Below are positions 16,333 through 28,927 of a DNA stretch of 64,000 nt, one piece after another. Below the pieces are notes generated by a model. The model did not search any database. It worked only from the letters and a program-made list of their open reading frames with translations, and had not been told where the DNA came from. Origin of the DNA: Amoebidium appalachense (taxonomy: Eukaryota > Protista > Ichthyosporea). Within the stretch, counting starts at the first letter, position 1. Every line of letters starts with the position of its first letter. Location of the stretch: positions 1,473,979 through 1,537,978 of the forward strand of contig CAVNZM010000007.1 of assembly GCA_963693365.1 (NCBI GenBank), in the 5' to 3' direction. A program made the translations under genes and the position numbers.

Positions 16333-18826
16333 AATAGTAGTAGTAGTAATAAGAGTCTCCCTTCATCCCCCCTCCCCCCCCCCCCCCCCCCCCCCCCCTT
16401 CAAACCTCCCTTTCCATCCAAATAACGATGAAAATCATTATCAACAAAAATAGCACTGATAGAAGAAAACTTATTCCACCACCTATTACCCTTTCCAGAA
16501 TAAAATAAAATACCCATTAACCCTTCCTAGCGCCAGCAAACACATATCTTCGTTGCTTAACCCACCTGCATCTCCTGCAGCCTGTCCCTCATGTTTTCAT
16601 ACTTCAACCTGTTGATGTTCATCTGCTCCTCCCTCTCTGCGTATGTGCTCCCGTACGTGTATACCCCGAGTAGAAACTGTGCACACACACACACAGGCCA
16701 TGTCAGTTACCCGAATGTGTAACAGAATACACTGCAAGGAAAGATGGTGAAGGGGGGTAGGGAGATAGGGGGGGGAGGGGAGGAGGGGGGGGGAGAAGGG
16801 GGAGGGGGAGGGGGCGCGGAAAAGAGAGGGGCGGAGAAGGGGGGGGTGGGGGGGGGGGGGGGAGGGAGGGGGAGGGACGGAGGGAGGGGGTGGGGGGTGG
16901 GGGGAAGGGACGGAAGGAGAGAGAGAGCGAGAGGGAGGGAGGGAGGGAGGGGGAGAGAGAAAAAGAGGAGAGAGAGTTGAGAGAGAAGTGGGAGAGAGCA
17001 GTGAGAGAGCATTGAGAGATAGAGATAGAGCCCACATTCACACATGCACACTACACACACACACACACACACACCTCCCACCTCCGCCTACCAGTTCTTG
17101 CCACTCTATTCACAACGAACACATGCTTTAAATGATATTCTCGTGCAATATTTGTAACCCCCCCCCCCCCCCCCCCCCCCCCCTCCCCCGGGGGCTCCGC
17201 GGCCCCCTTCTTTTTTTTAATATTACTAATGTCCTCCGAGTTCCCTTCCCTCCATAAAAGTCCCCCCCTGTCGCCCCTCCCCTCCCCCCTCCCTCTGAAA
17301 CACGTCCCGCCCCCTCCCCCCCTCCCCCTACTCCTAGGTCCCCTATCTGCCCTCGGTTACTGACTAACCATGAATATAAATATAAAGTATTAACAGGTCG
17401 TATGCTGAAGATTGGAAAAACACACAGGTGTACAACAGTTAACTACAGTTAACTATACACAGTAGCCTCCTCCCCACCTAACTAGACAACTCCATCTCCC
17501 CTTTTCTCCTTTTCCACGTGCACCACGCACACAGATATCAAAACCCCTCTGCCTACTTTACCCTCATACTGCATGCAACTCGGCCATATGCTCAAAGAAG
17601 CATATTTTTCGGCTTTCTTTGAACCTATATCCTCCCTACAACTCACCAGCCATCTTCTCTTACTCATGCCCGTACTGATTACCCTGATGAATCGAGACCC
17701 CTCCCCCCTCCTCCTCCCCCCCCTCCCCCCTCTCCCCCTCCCTCCCTCCCCCCTCCCCCCCGACACACACACACACCACCACCACCACACCACCACCACC
17801 ACAACCCTCCCCCCCACACACACACACATACCCTCCCCCCCCACACACACACACACACAGCCCACCAGCCCTCTTCTCTCTTCCCTACAACTATAGATGG
17901 TTTCCAAAACCTCTAATCTGGCCCATCCCCACCATACATGCCAATCCTTGATTCCCAAGCCCTTCCTTGATGTCGTTCCTGCCTCACCCCCAATTAACGA
18001 CTCGCACGCCTTATAATGCTTCTTCTTCTCCCTAAATCCCGCATCAACCTTTTCAAACACACATAGAGTACAACAGAGCCACATCGTGCACTAACCTCCC
18101 ACAGTGAGCCTCTGATGACATCCTCTGCGCCACCCGCAAACACACGAGAACGCACACGACCAGGATGGGCTATCCTGCCTTCTGCGTCAAACGAAGACAT
18201 CCATTCCTCCTCTGTTCACCCGGCTTGTTAGTGATCTCTCCAGCACATGGTTTTTTAATAATGGCCAGGAGGACTACTGAACCGGTAGCTGAAACAGTGC
18301 TTAGATCAAGCAATTTTGCTGGGTGATAAATAGCGACATGCATAGGCCCACCAAGACATTAACACCCTCCCCTTCCCACTCACCTGACAGTGGTGCCATG
18401 CGACCTAAGGGCGGGTTCTTGTAAAATTTTGCATTCCTGATCTTCACCCCCTCCATTCTTGGATGCTTGTAGCGAGGCCCTCCTTGGTGACGGCAAATTA
18501 CTCAATGTTGTTCCCACCGTGTTCACTATTGCCTCACCCCCACTCCTAAAGAATCCTGCCAGCGTAGACACTGCTTGACCCACATTTTCGACCAAAGATG
18601 CCGAGGGAGAGAGCCTGCCAGATGCATCTGAGGCTGAGGGTTGGTGGGCGGCATTGAGAGATGGGGAAAGAGTGGCGGATGAATCGTGTAAAGGCGTTTG
18701 GGGTTCAGCGTTTTCGTTTTTAGTCAATTTGGGTGAGGAGGTTGTTTCCGCTTTTGGTGCTGGTGAGCGAGCGCGTGGTGGGAGGGGGGAGCTGGCACCA
18801 GATGCTATGCTGGGGGGTTGAAACAT
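9074..18826 (-). CDS. TBC-domain Rab GTPase-activating protein (Gyp7/TBC1D15-17/TBC1D25-like class), multi-exon
   Basis: Exons: 18826-18384 (S/P-rich N-terminus), ~18211-18096 (EEWMSSFDAEGRI...RVFAGG...RGSLWE), 16676-16566 (FLLGVY...), 15130-15037 (IDKDVRRTDR = IxxDxxR arginine finger), 13820-13729 (LENILAVH...YIQGQ = YxQ glutamine finger), 12758-12671 (EAFWCFAQLM), 11887-11749 (...FAYR), 10695-10634 (WMLLNMKREF), 9862-9776, 9180-9074. Phases are consistent from 18096 down. The exon1/exon2 junction and the terminal exon(s) (~8100-8610) are unresolved. Confidence 0.88.
11386..11568 (-). repeat. Copy of dispersed ~180-bp intronic repeat (family 1)
   Basis: Aligns by eye with 13483-13650 and with the reverse complement of 43713-43892 (shared ...ACTACAAAACGT(C/T)ACAAAAATG...AAATCAAACAAT...CAGAA(A/G)ACACTTGAACAGAGCCCATCATCAG...). 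Confidence 0.8.
13483..13650 (-). repeat. Copy of dispersed ~180-bp intronic repeat (family 1)
   Basis: AGGACAAACTACAAAATGTTACAAAAATG...GGCAGAAAACACTTGAACAGCGCCCATCATCAGGGGGG, homologous to the 11386 and 43713 copies. Confidence 0.8.
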
Positions 18827-19188
18827 CTTCGAACCAAACCACTTTTCTTCGGTTTATCTATATTTAAATACAAGGAAAATGCGCTTTTCTTCTTTTTAAT
18901 GTTTACAAAAAAATATGCTGTCTCTAGCTGGCCTAAATGAGGCGACACAATCCTTGTTTTCCACTTCTCCCTCTTGAAAAAACCAAGAAAAGTGTGGCTC
19001 TTACAAATTATCAGCAAGGCATGAAAGCCGTCCAGCCGCTCTGCGCTCTGTAAGACTGTCGCCTCTTGATTCGTTTACTATTTCAATGCATAGCTAAATA
19101 TGGCTATTAATATCCTGACGACGAATCATATTGTGTATTTATCATGTACACTTATTGGTGGTGCGACCTGGTGGCTCACCCGCCCACG

Positions 19189-20315
19189 TGCGACATCGAA
19201 ATGTGATGGGAACATGTATTTGAACACGGATGAAAGTCGGATGGGGGAGGGATGGTCACAGCTTTCGTTGACAAGAAATATGTTTTGGACAAGGAAAAGA
19301 CTAAAAACGCCAGGTCCCGGAAGCCCCATTTACATCGTGATGTTTATTGATCTGGGGGGCTTCCGTATCTGGGGTGACTCGATGTATATCTACGTCACAT
19401 GTTAAGCGCACAAGAGAAGGATAGTGTGTGTCCTCACACATGGATAAGGCTAGTACGTGGGTGCAAACATATAAGCATGTGGATGCATACTAGGGGTGGG
19501 GGGGGGCGTCACAGTGTATATGTCAGGGACTGGCAAACCTCCAAGCCATCCCCTAACCACACGTGGGCGGGCTGCAGTGCCTCTGAGGATGACCCTAGTG
19601 ACCGTCAGGTAGTGATCTTAACCACCGTGTGGGCATAAGCAAAGTCCGAGACTCACACCCTCCGCCAAACGTGTGCTGGGCTTAGTGTCTGGCCGGCCCC
19701 CATTATGCGGGATTAGCAGCACACGGGGGTGGCGTTTCTCGTGCTTTGCTTATACGCACAAAGTATCAGGACCAAAACTTGCCGATCACTGTGTGGTCGT
19801 GTGTGGAAAATGGGAAAAGATGATGCGCTCATGAGAAATGGGCTGGTGCGAAAACCGGGTTGTGTGTGCTACAATATAAAAATGATATGGCTGTTGCAAA
19901 AAAAAAAAAAAAAAAAAAAAAGGCCTCATTGCGGGGCGACGTCCGAATAGTAAGCAAATGCATCCTCGTGTATCCGTAGTTATCCGTGGACTGCTGTGAC
20001 CATCCGTCCGTAAAAATGAGCTATCGTAGCATGCTAGCAGAGCGCGCGTGTGGAAGCGTGTTTTCCTGGTTACCCCCGAGGGAGACCTTCCTTTTCTGCT
20101 ACCATGCGACATCGAAATGTGATGGGAACATGTATTTGAACACGGATGAAAGTCGGATGGGGGAGGGATGGTCACAGCTTTCGTTGACAAGAAATATGTT
20201 TTGGACAAGGAAAAGACTAAGGACGCCAGGTCCCGGAAGCCCCATTTACATCGTGATGTTTATTGATCTGGGGGGCTTCCGTATCTGGGGTGACTCGATG
20301 TATATCTACGTCACA
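19189..20315 (-). mobile_element. Non-autonomous LTR retroelement (TRIM-like)
   Basis: Two 211-bp direct repeats (19189-19399, 20105-20315) with 2 mismatches, each TG...CA. Flanking 4-bp duplication CACG (19185-19188, 20316-20319). On the minus strand TGGTAGCAGA (20104-20095) directly follows the LTR and is complementary to the 3' end of eukaryotic initiator tRNA-Met. The 705-bp interior has no gag/pol ORF; no clear PPT. Confidence 0.82.
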
Positions 20316-20768
20316 CACGCATGCATTGCAGCTTGTGGCAGGTTGTTTACTCGAGCTCAGTTGTTTACAGTACATAGCACCCTCACTTTTTCGTCAGCTT
20401 TGAACTATTGGCGAATGTTTCCACTAACTAACAATATTTACAGATTTTCCGTGCGATTTTTTAGCAGAATGCAATATTGCACGTCACGTTTTGTTTTTGC
20501 TTGTGTTACATCATGGCCGATCGTCCCGGAGCATGCGCATCATGAGCTCAAGTGCACATACGTGATCAGAGCTTCTTCCATGGAGGTCACAGTGCATGCA
20601 TACATAAGCGTGGAAGGAAACAGGGCTACGGCACCGAACCAAGGCCTTCTAGATAAAAGTTTATCTAGGAGGCCTTGCACCGGACACATTGTCTCACGCT
20701 CGAAATTTCTTATTTATGGGGCCATGAGCTTTGTTGTGCCAATGATGTGCGTGCATGCATGTGCGTGC

Positions 20769-20845
<77 letters not shown>

Positions 20846-21080
20846 GTCTGTGTGTGTGTTGGGCGTGAGTGTGTGTTGCGGGCAGGGGGGGGGGGGGGGG
20901 GGGGGGGGGGAATGAAGGAAGGGGAGTGATGTGACCCGGGTGGGGACTCGGATTCTGTGTGCGTCATAGCTTTTGTGCGTGGTGTTTGTGTGTTTGAGTG
21001 TTTGTGTTACACCCAGTGGCTGAGTGACGCCGTGACGGTGTTTGCGTGTGTTTACGCGCATGTGTTTCTGTGAGCGGGCG

Positions 21081-21183
<103 letters not shown>

Positions 21184-22115
21184 CTGCGTGCGTGCGTGTG
21201 TGTGGGTGGGTGGGTGTGCGTGTGCGTGTGTGCGGGTGTGGTGTGTGTGTGTGTGTGTGTGTGTCCGTGTGTGTGTGTGTGTGCGTGTGTGTGTATATGT
21301 GTGCAAGTGCATGTGCATGTGCGTGTGCATGCCTGCATATTTTCGTGCCCCAGCATGTTTGTGTGCATGTTTGTGTGCGTGTGTGTGTGTGTGTGTGTGT
21401 CTGTGTGCGTGTGCGTGTTTTTTTTTGTGCGTGTATGTGTGTGCGTGTGTGTGTGCGTGTGTGTGTGCGCACGGGCGCGCGTGTGTGTGCGAGCGTGCGT
21501 GAGTGCTCACTTGCGTCCCGCGCGTGTGCCTGTGCATGATGAACTTTTTGCTCTAATGGAGAACTGCGTGTTTGTATGGTCGTAGGGGTGAGAGAGCTGG
21601 GAATGGAGTTTTGGAGGAAGCTGCTTTGCAGGACTTATTGCTTTCCTGAATCATGCACCGTGTTTTTGTTATTATGAATTATTTTTTATTAATTTCACTT
21701 CTCGAAAATTCAATAATGCCCACTGTGCCCTGCCTTCTACCACTCCCCCAAACTCCTTCCCGTGTCCACATTCAACAGCAATAATCGTTGTAAATCACGC
21801 TCCCAATGCATGTATGATTGCGCATGCACCTCCATATAACTGGGCACATGCCTAAACTTCAAAAGAAAATCTCTTTATGTAGGCAAAGCCAGTCACTACT
21901 AGCTAGCAATGTAGTTGCAATTGCAAGGATGATTCTTTCTGCCCATCACCGTGTTTTGGAAGTGGCATTTTTTATATAAAAGTTGAACTCAGACTCAATG
22001 CCATTTGACCCTGTCTATTTTATTTTTCCGAGTCCTTGGAAAGGTGAAATCCGTTCTACGGCTACCGTAATTTATTTGTAGGGCAAAATGCGCGTGTGCA
22101 CAAGTTACATGGAAG

Positions 22116-22154
<39 letters not shown>

Positions 22155-22251
22155 GTCCCCCATTTCCCCCTCCGCCCCCAGCCCAACGCAGGGTATCAAC
22201 ACCAGCCACGCCGGTGGGTACACACAAACACACATGTACACACACACAGTT

Positions 22252-22282
<31 letters not shown>

Positions 22283-22953
22283 TCTTCCCCCCTCCCCCAC
22301 CGCCCCCCCCCCCTCCCCTCCCCCCCCCCCCCCCCTCCCACCACCACCACCACCACCACCGCCGCCGCCGCTGCCGCCGCCACCACCGCCACCACCAACC
22401 CCAACCCCCAATCCCCCTCAACAGGAAATTTCCAACTTCCATCTCGACCTGCCATTCCGAATATCATGATCAGCCACGGTCTGAACGTTTGATAGCTGGC
22501 AGGCTCCCAGCCAGGGGCTGGTGTCCACCCAAACAACAACAGCATGGAATAAGAACGACGGTACTTAAACAAAAATTTTAAAACAATTTTCGAAATTGAA
22601 AAATCTGTCGGATACCCCGGTCATGATCGACCTATGTAGACTCGTCCTCCTTCTCCCTCGGGCCCCGGCCAGTTGGCGACCTGTACCCCCCTCCCCCCTC
22701 CTCCCCCCCCCCCCATCCCTCCCCCTCCCCCCCCCCCTCCCCCCCCCTCCTCCCCCCTTCTCCCGCTCAACCGAACGGCTCAACCAAAAGCACACGGACA
22801 CATGCATGTATGGTCCAGCCTCAGAGGTGGACAGTGTCAAGCGTGCACACACAAATGATTTGTACAACTATGGTACTGTTGTACGTACGGCAGGCGCAAC
22901 ATAACTATTGCTATGCTCTATGCACACGTGCTGTATCATGTTACATAAGTTAA

Positions 22954-23601
22954 GGGCGTGTTTGGCAGCGCAGTTATATCGTGTCTTTATCGTATTCGTC
23001 TATTCGCGTAGTGACACGATTCGAAAATGTGTCCTGCCAAACACGCCACAGCTTTCCGGACACGATAAAGGCGTTGGACATCGAAGTTATATCGTGTTTT
23101 CGTAAATCACCTCCGGAGGTAGTCACTCTCGAGTGCTGTCTCCCTGCGGCCTCTTCTTCTTCTTCTTTTTTTTTTTTAAAAAAAAATTTTTTTTTAGGCC
23201 TATGTTGCCGCAGCGTAGTACATAAGGCCGGGCCGGGCCACCTACAACGTAAGCAAGCCAGCGGGTACATAGCCTTGGAGACTACTCCGGAGGTGATTTT
23301 CGAAAACACGATATAACTTTTAGCCAATCGGATCGCTTATAGCCAGTCTAATTTACGATTGGTTGAAAGACTACCAATGCAATCGTACAAAATATGATAT
23401 TTCGCATTCTTTTGCCGTATCGAGATTTTGTGTCGATGTCGAAGCGAGAGCGTGTTTACAAAAAAAATAGGCGTGTTTGGCACGCCATAATCGTATCATT
23501 ACCCCTAAAGACGCATACCACAAAATAATTTTGTGAACACGATTATTCGTCTTTTCACAAAATGACACGAATACGATTATTTTTGGCTGCCAAACACGCC
23601 C
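22954..23601. mobile_element. PIF/Harbinger (Tourist-like) MITE with nested inverted repeats
   Basis: Perfect 16-bp TIRs GGGCGTGTTTGGCAGC (22954-22969) / GCTGCCAAACACGCCC (23586-23601), flanked by TAA on both sides (22951-53, 23602-04). Extra internal TIR copies at 23034-23047 and 23470-23482; inner ~40-bp inverted repeat 23084-23124 / 23280-23319. No transposase ORF. Confidence 0.85.
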
Positions 23602-23772
23602 TAATAATTAATATTGGTGATACGGTCAACTGATGATAATTCAGTGACCATCCGATAGCGTGCCTGCACAGAAGATTTCGTAATATTGAAGTGATGTTCT
23701 TTCGTAACCGTCGTGGGGGCCCCCCGGGGGACTCGGTCGGGGGGGGGGGGGGGGGGGCTCGGAGGGGGGGGA

Positions 23773-23811
<39 letters not shown>

Positions 23812-24657
23812 GGGTTCGGAAGCCTTCATCAAGTTGATCGATCAACTAGTGGCACATACATATATAGCCGGAGAGGAATCCAAGCTTGCCGATGATGACT
23901 TGCCATGTTGTATGCAAAAGACGGATGACGTAAAGACAAAAGTCGTGCCATTCAAACAAGCAACGGTTGTCTTGTCTGCACAGTCACTGTGGTGCCTTGG
24001 CAAGTTGGCCCTCATATTCGGAAAGTTCTTGGTTTTTATGAACGGAAGTTCCCGCGGCCAGATGCAGTTTCCGGCCTGTGCGAGTCAAACATTTCAAACA
24101 CGGCTGATCACACGAAGCGTCCCGAAACTTCGCACTAATGTTTTCAGTACGTTACCATTTTCGTCACTAGAAAATTCTATGAAAGTTTCAATCTAGAAAG
24201 ACAACGCCCTTCAGAACGGTCGGCTCCCCGTACAGTCAGACAGTATATACAAGCTGAGTGCCACCAGTACCCCGGATGATAAGTTACATGACAAACATTA
24301 ATTTCACACCCTGGATTGAATTATTAAGCTATTTATAGCGACCAATTACACCACAGGATTGAATCCAAGTGGGTAAACCGTAAGATCCCAACGAGGTCAC
24401 TGTTTATTCAGTTTACTTAGACCAAAAACCCGCAGGAAAAATACAGATTACCACACAATTAACACCTATGCCCCGTTATGGTGATATCCATTACCGTTAT
24501 AAAGGAATAAAACCCAAAAGTTCAACCAAACGCACACATAAACCAGATGGTCCGACAAGTTAATCTCACATCGCGATTTATTCCACCAATCATCAGCCGA
24601 CTTTGTGAAGTGAGATCGCCACATTCCCGGGAGATGACCTGAGATGAACTTATCGGG

Positions 24658-24665
24658 TATAAATA
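24658..24665 (+). promoter_or_regulatory. Candidate TATA box of the lectin gene
   Basis: TATAAATA ~130 nt upstream of the ATG at 24790, which is in an AAAATG context. Confidence 0.35.
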
Positions 24666-24789
24666 CGCCTCTTTTCATCACACCATATGCACACCAGCCT
24701 TCTCAGCTTAGCCCTAAAACATCTCGGCAAACCCCCCTTAAGCTTTCTCGTCACTTTCCCTTTACTACACACAAAAAAAAGGCAACAAA

Positions 24790-25443
24790 ATGATTTCTCA
24801 AATCTTCGCCGTTGCCGCTTGCAGCGCCGCCCTTGTGTCTGCCGCGACCACCTGCCCGGACTGCTGCAACACTAAGGCTCTCTTCATGTGCAACGAGCTT
24901 GGTGGTGTCGGTGGCCTGCACGGTGCTGTGTGCTGCGCTAACGGCCAGTGGGGTTGCCCTAGTGCCGGCGCCGCTGGCCCCTCCGGATGCCCCCCCGGTG
25001 TTGGCTACAAAAAGGATTGCCCGGTCCCTGCCCCCACCGCCGGGAAGAGCTTCATGGTTGCAAAGTTCGAAGACGCCACCACCTACCCACACACGGTTTT
25101 GCTCGGCAGGGGAGACAGCGCAGAGGTCGCTACGGACGGTTCGAGATACACTCCCTTCGTGTGGAGCGGTGGAAAGCTTCAGAACTTTTACGACTCGGCC
25201 AGGTGCCTGGGTTTGGATGGTGATTACGTCATGCAGGTGGCGTGCACCACCGCACCAGTTTGGGAGACGATCGCCGTGACGCCGGCCCAAAACTGGACGA
25301 AAAAGGGGAACGTCCCTGTTGTGAACTGGTCCACGGGCACGGGTGCAAACAAGAAGTGTGTGACCCTCGATGGGAAGACGGCAAAAGTGACCAAGTGTGA
25401 TGGCAAGGACATGAAGCAGAAGTGGTTCCTTTTGCCCCACTAG
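24790..25443 (+). CDS. Secreted Cys-rich protein with C-terminal ricin-B (R-type/CBM13-like) lectin repeats, intronless, 217 aa
   Basis: Signal peptide MISQIFAVAACSAALVSA; Cys-rich N-domain (CPDCC...C...CC...WGC); ricin-like subdomains RCLGLDGDYVMQVAC...W and KCVTLDGKTAKVTKCDGKDMKQKW (QxW). Clean GC3-rich coding composition with no low-complexity DNA. Confidence 0.8.
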   Translation: MISQIFAVAACSAALVSAATTCPDCCNTKALFMCNELGGVGGLHGAVCCANGQWGCPSAGAAGPSGCPPGVGYKKDCPVPAPTAGKSFMVAKFEDATTYPHTVLLGRGDSAEVATDGSRYTPFVWSGGKLQNFYDSARCLGLDGDYVMQVACTTAPVWETIAVTPAQNWTKKGNVPVVNWSTGTGANKKCVTLDGKTAKVTKCDGKDMKQKWFLLPH

Positions 25444-26097
25444 GTGGATTTGAATGTTGTTTGCACTGGGTACAGGTCAAATTGAGAATTTGTGATTAGT
25501 CCTGCGGAGCTGTACATGCCCCCATTAGTGAAACAATTGGAGCGTGTGTCTGTGGGTGTGGGTGTGGTGAATAGTTAACAGTTAATATTTAGGAGATACT
25601 TACATGCCTACTATTTATGCACATACTTCAGAGACACGAACACGAGACACATTTTCGTGTGGTTTTATTCAAATTTGGGTAGATATGGCGACCCCATTGA
25701 ATGATATAGACATTTTATACTATAATGTAATGTGACTAACGAGAGAACCATGCTTTGATGAATTTCGTGCCGTGTAGGACATAGTGCCTACGTGTTGATA
25801 AGTTAAAAGTCAATGATTGTTGTTGGTTATTGATATAATAAAAATATCTGTGAATGATTTCATGTGCCACCGTTGAGTAACTTCGCCAAGTGGAGTGAGT
25901 GTGTGCGCGCTGCAATCACACCATCACACCACACGCACACATACAACCCCTCCTCCCCCCTCCTCCCCCCTCCCCCCCCCCCCCCCCCCCCAGCCTGCAA
26001 TATGCTAAATGGAGCGAGCCTCGGCACGTGCACACAACCACATTCGCACACACATACACATAGCATTACACACACACAAGCACACACATAAACACAC

Positions 26098-26131
<34 letters not shown>

Positions 26132-27230
26132 ACGGCTCTCCCCGTGCTCCTCAGCATATCAATGGCAAGTTGAACCACCACGTTTGATAGCACATAGGAA
26201 CCAAGCTTGTTTTTAATGGGGATTCTGAAAGAGAGCACAACTGAGTCTCGACGATGAAGGTAGCCAGTTTCTGATACATTTATCCACGTACGCACTTACA
26301 AATCACTGAGGTCCAGGCCTGGGCATGCACAGATGCGGAAGCCCCCGTACAACTTTTGTAGTCAGAGATATGGTGCTACTAATGCATGCGTGTTGTTTCG
26401 GACCACCGTGAGGCGTGCCCAAGCTATTCCAAAGCGGCTCGTGTGCTTGGTGCCATTGAATGTGTGGGTAATGAAAAGACCCCTTCCCCCCTTTCTCCAT
26501 CCCCCCCCCCCCCCCCCCCCCCCCTTTCCCCTCACTCTCAGCATGTTTCTCTTGCTCCCTCTCCCTCTCGCTTGCTCTTGCTACCTCCCTCTCTCCCCCA
26601 CTCCCCCCCCCCACACACACACCTGCCCCTCGGTCTCTCTGGCTCCCTGCCCTAGCTCTCCCTCTATATCTCTCTCCCTCCCTCCCCCCCCTCCCCCCTC
26701 CCCCTCCCACACACAGCACACACACACACACTCCTCTCTCTCTCCCCCCCCCCCCCCTCCTCTCTCTCCCCTCCCCCTCCCCCTCTCTTTCTCTCACTGT
26801 CTGTCCAGCGCTCTATTTCTCACTCGCTCTCCCTCCCTCCCTCTTCTCTCCCCCCCCCTTCCCCCCTCTCCCCTCCCCCCCCCCCTTCCCTGACCGACGC
26901 ACACTGGTACTCTCTATCAATCTATCTCCATCCAATTACCTCTTTCCATCTCATCTCTCTCTCTGGCCTACCCCCCCCTTCCTTCCCCTTCCCCCACTTC
27001 CCTCTGTACCTCCCCCTCCCCTCCACACCCCCGCCCCCAGACCCCTTAACCCCCCCCCCCCCTCCCCCCCGGTCTCTCAATCCCCCCTTTCCCACCCTTC
27101 TCACAGTTTCCCAGAAGTATTTCTTCTGTATTTCTCTTTTTCCTTCCCCCCCCCCCCCCCCCCCCCCCCTTTTTTTTTTTTCTTTTTCTTTCTTTTTTTT
27201 TTTTTTTTTTTGCCCCGGGGAAGAGGGGGA

Positions 27231-27265
<35 letters not shown>

Positions 27266-28751
27266 GGAGGGGAGGGGAGGGGAGGCTCAGCGGGCTCAGT
27301 GGTGTTCAGTGGCATGGTTGGCAATTTTTTTTCGTATGTGTATAGGGGGGGGGGGGGGGGGGGGGGGGGGTTCAAAAAGGGGGGGGGGGGGGGGGGAGTA
27401 ATATTTGTGGCTGTTCCGGCCACCCTATGTCGGTATGCCTGTGTTGAGCCGCTGGGATTGCGTGAACTTCTTCCCTCTCGCCTGAAATGTACGGTGAATG
27501 TTTCTGTGTGTGTGTGTGTGTGGTGTGTATGTGCAACATCTGTGCACTGGAATGGGCATGTTCTTCGCAGACCGAATGCACTTTGCACGTGTGTGTGTGT
27601 GTAGGGAGGTTGAGTTTTGCCGTCCTTTATTACCATCTTTTTGTTTCGTTTGAGGGGTGGGGGGAGGGGGGGGAGGGGGAGGGAATCTCTCTGACGCTCC
27701 GTCTCCACTCTCCCTCCCCCCCCCCCCCCCCCCTCTCTCTCTGGCTCTCTCTCTTTCTCAGACTCTCTCTCTCTCTTTCTCTTCCTCTCCCCCCCCCCCC
27801 CCCCCCCCCCCCCCCGTCTCTCCCTCTCGCTATCTCTCTCTCTCCCCCCCCTCCTCTCCCCCCCCCCCCCCCCCCTCTCGTTATCTCTCTTACCCCCCCC
27901 CCCCCCTCTAACTTCGGTCCCCTCGCTTTGTCTTTACCTCTCTCTCCCTCTCCCCCCCCTCCCCCCCTCCCCCCCTCCCTCCCTCTCTCTCGGCCTCCCT
28001 TTCCCCCTTTTCCCGGCCCCTTTAATTCCCTTCCACACTGAATCCCCCTCACGTTGTCCTTCTCCTTTCCCGTTCTTTACAACCTCTTTACTTTCCCCTT
28101 TTTTCTTTCCCTCCACTCCCTTTCCTCTCCATGAAGAAATAAATTAGGCTGCAACCTTAACATAGAACATCTCACTGAAGTAAAAGCTGAAACATGACGA
28201 AACATACTGAATCTGATTCATCGAATGCGTTCACGTTAATGGCACAGAGCGCCCCGGCAATCAATGCCTAAGAGCGATATGGCGCAAGTTCTTAAATGTA
28301 GTTTTGGTAATTTAAATTGGTTTACCATCTATATTAGCCTCCACTCGTTACCAAGCTTCACATGTATGTGTTCTGCTAATAAAACAAGAATGTGTGTGCA
28401 ATTAGTACTAGGTATTTAGTATGCAAATCCAGTTTTAAGTCTCTGATCACAACTTTAACCCACAAATCCCTCCGGCACCCAAATGCCTTAAGTCTAAGAA
28501 GCAATTCAACAACTCTGAGGCGCGAAATTCGAACAAGCATGATTGCTGAGGAATCAAGAACAACACTTTCGTGTGCCACGTCAAAAAACCCACGGGAAAC
28601 ACAAACACAGGAATCCGGATCATCCAGAGACCTATACATACCAAACAGTAATCCTTTTTTGCGGTCTCCATGCTCATGCCGCCTTCCCCTTGACCCCCCA
28701 GTTAAACATGATACCCTTTTAACCTACCCCCCCCCCCCTTCCCCCCCCCCC

Positions 28752-28782
<31 letters not shown>

Positions 28783-28927
28783 ACCACCACACCACCCACC
28801 CCCAGAGAAGGCACTAACAGCAACCAACACCACACGATACACACTAAAATTCCATCGTAGAAAAAAAAACCGGATGACCGTGTACACACCAACCAATCGT
28901 CATCAAACCCCCCCCCCCCCCCCTCCC

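Noticed and set aside
17482-18084. Non-repetitive ORF-like segments inside a TBC intron (also 37440-37690 and 52680-53165)
   Set aside because: Not needed for the spliced proteins and no recognisable motif; possibly decayed retroelement pieces but unsupported.
19986-20915. 309-aa ORF
   Set aside because: Runs through the LTR, flanking DNA and a (GT)n tract; no domain signature.
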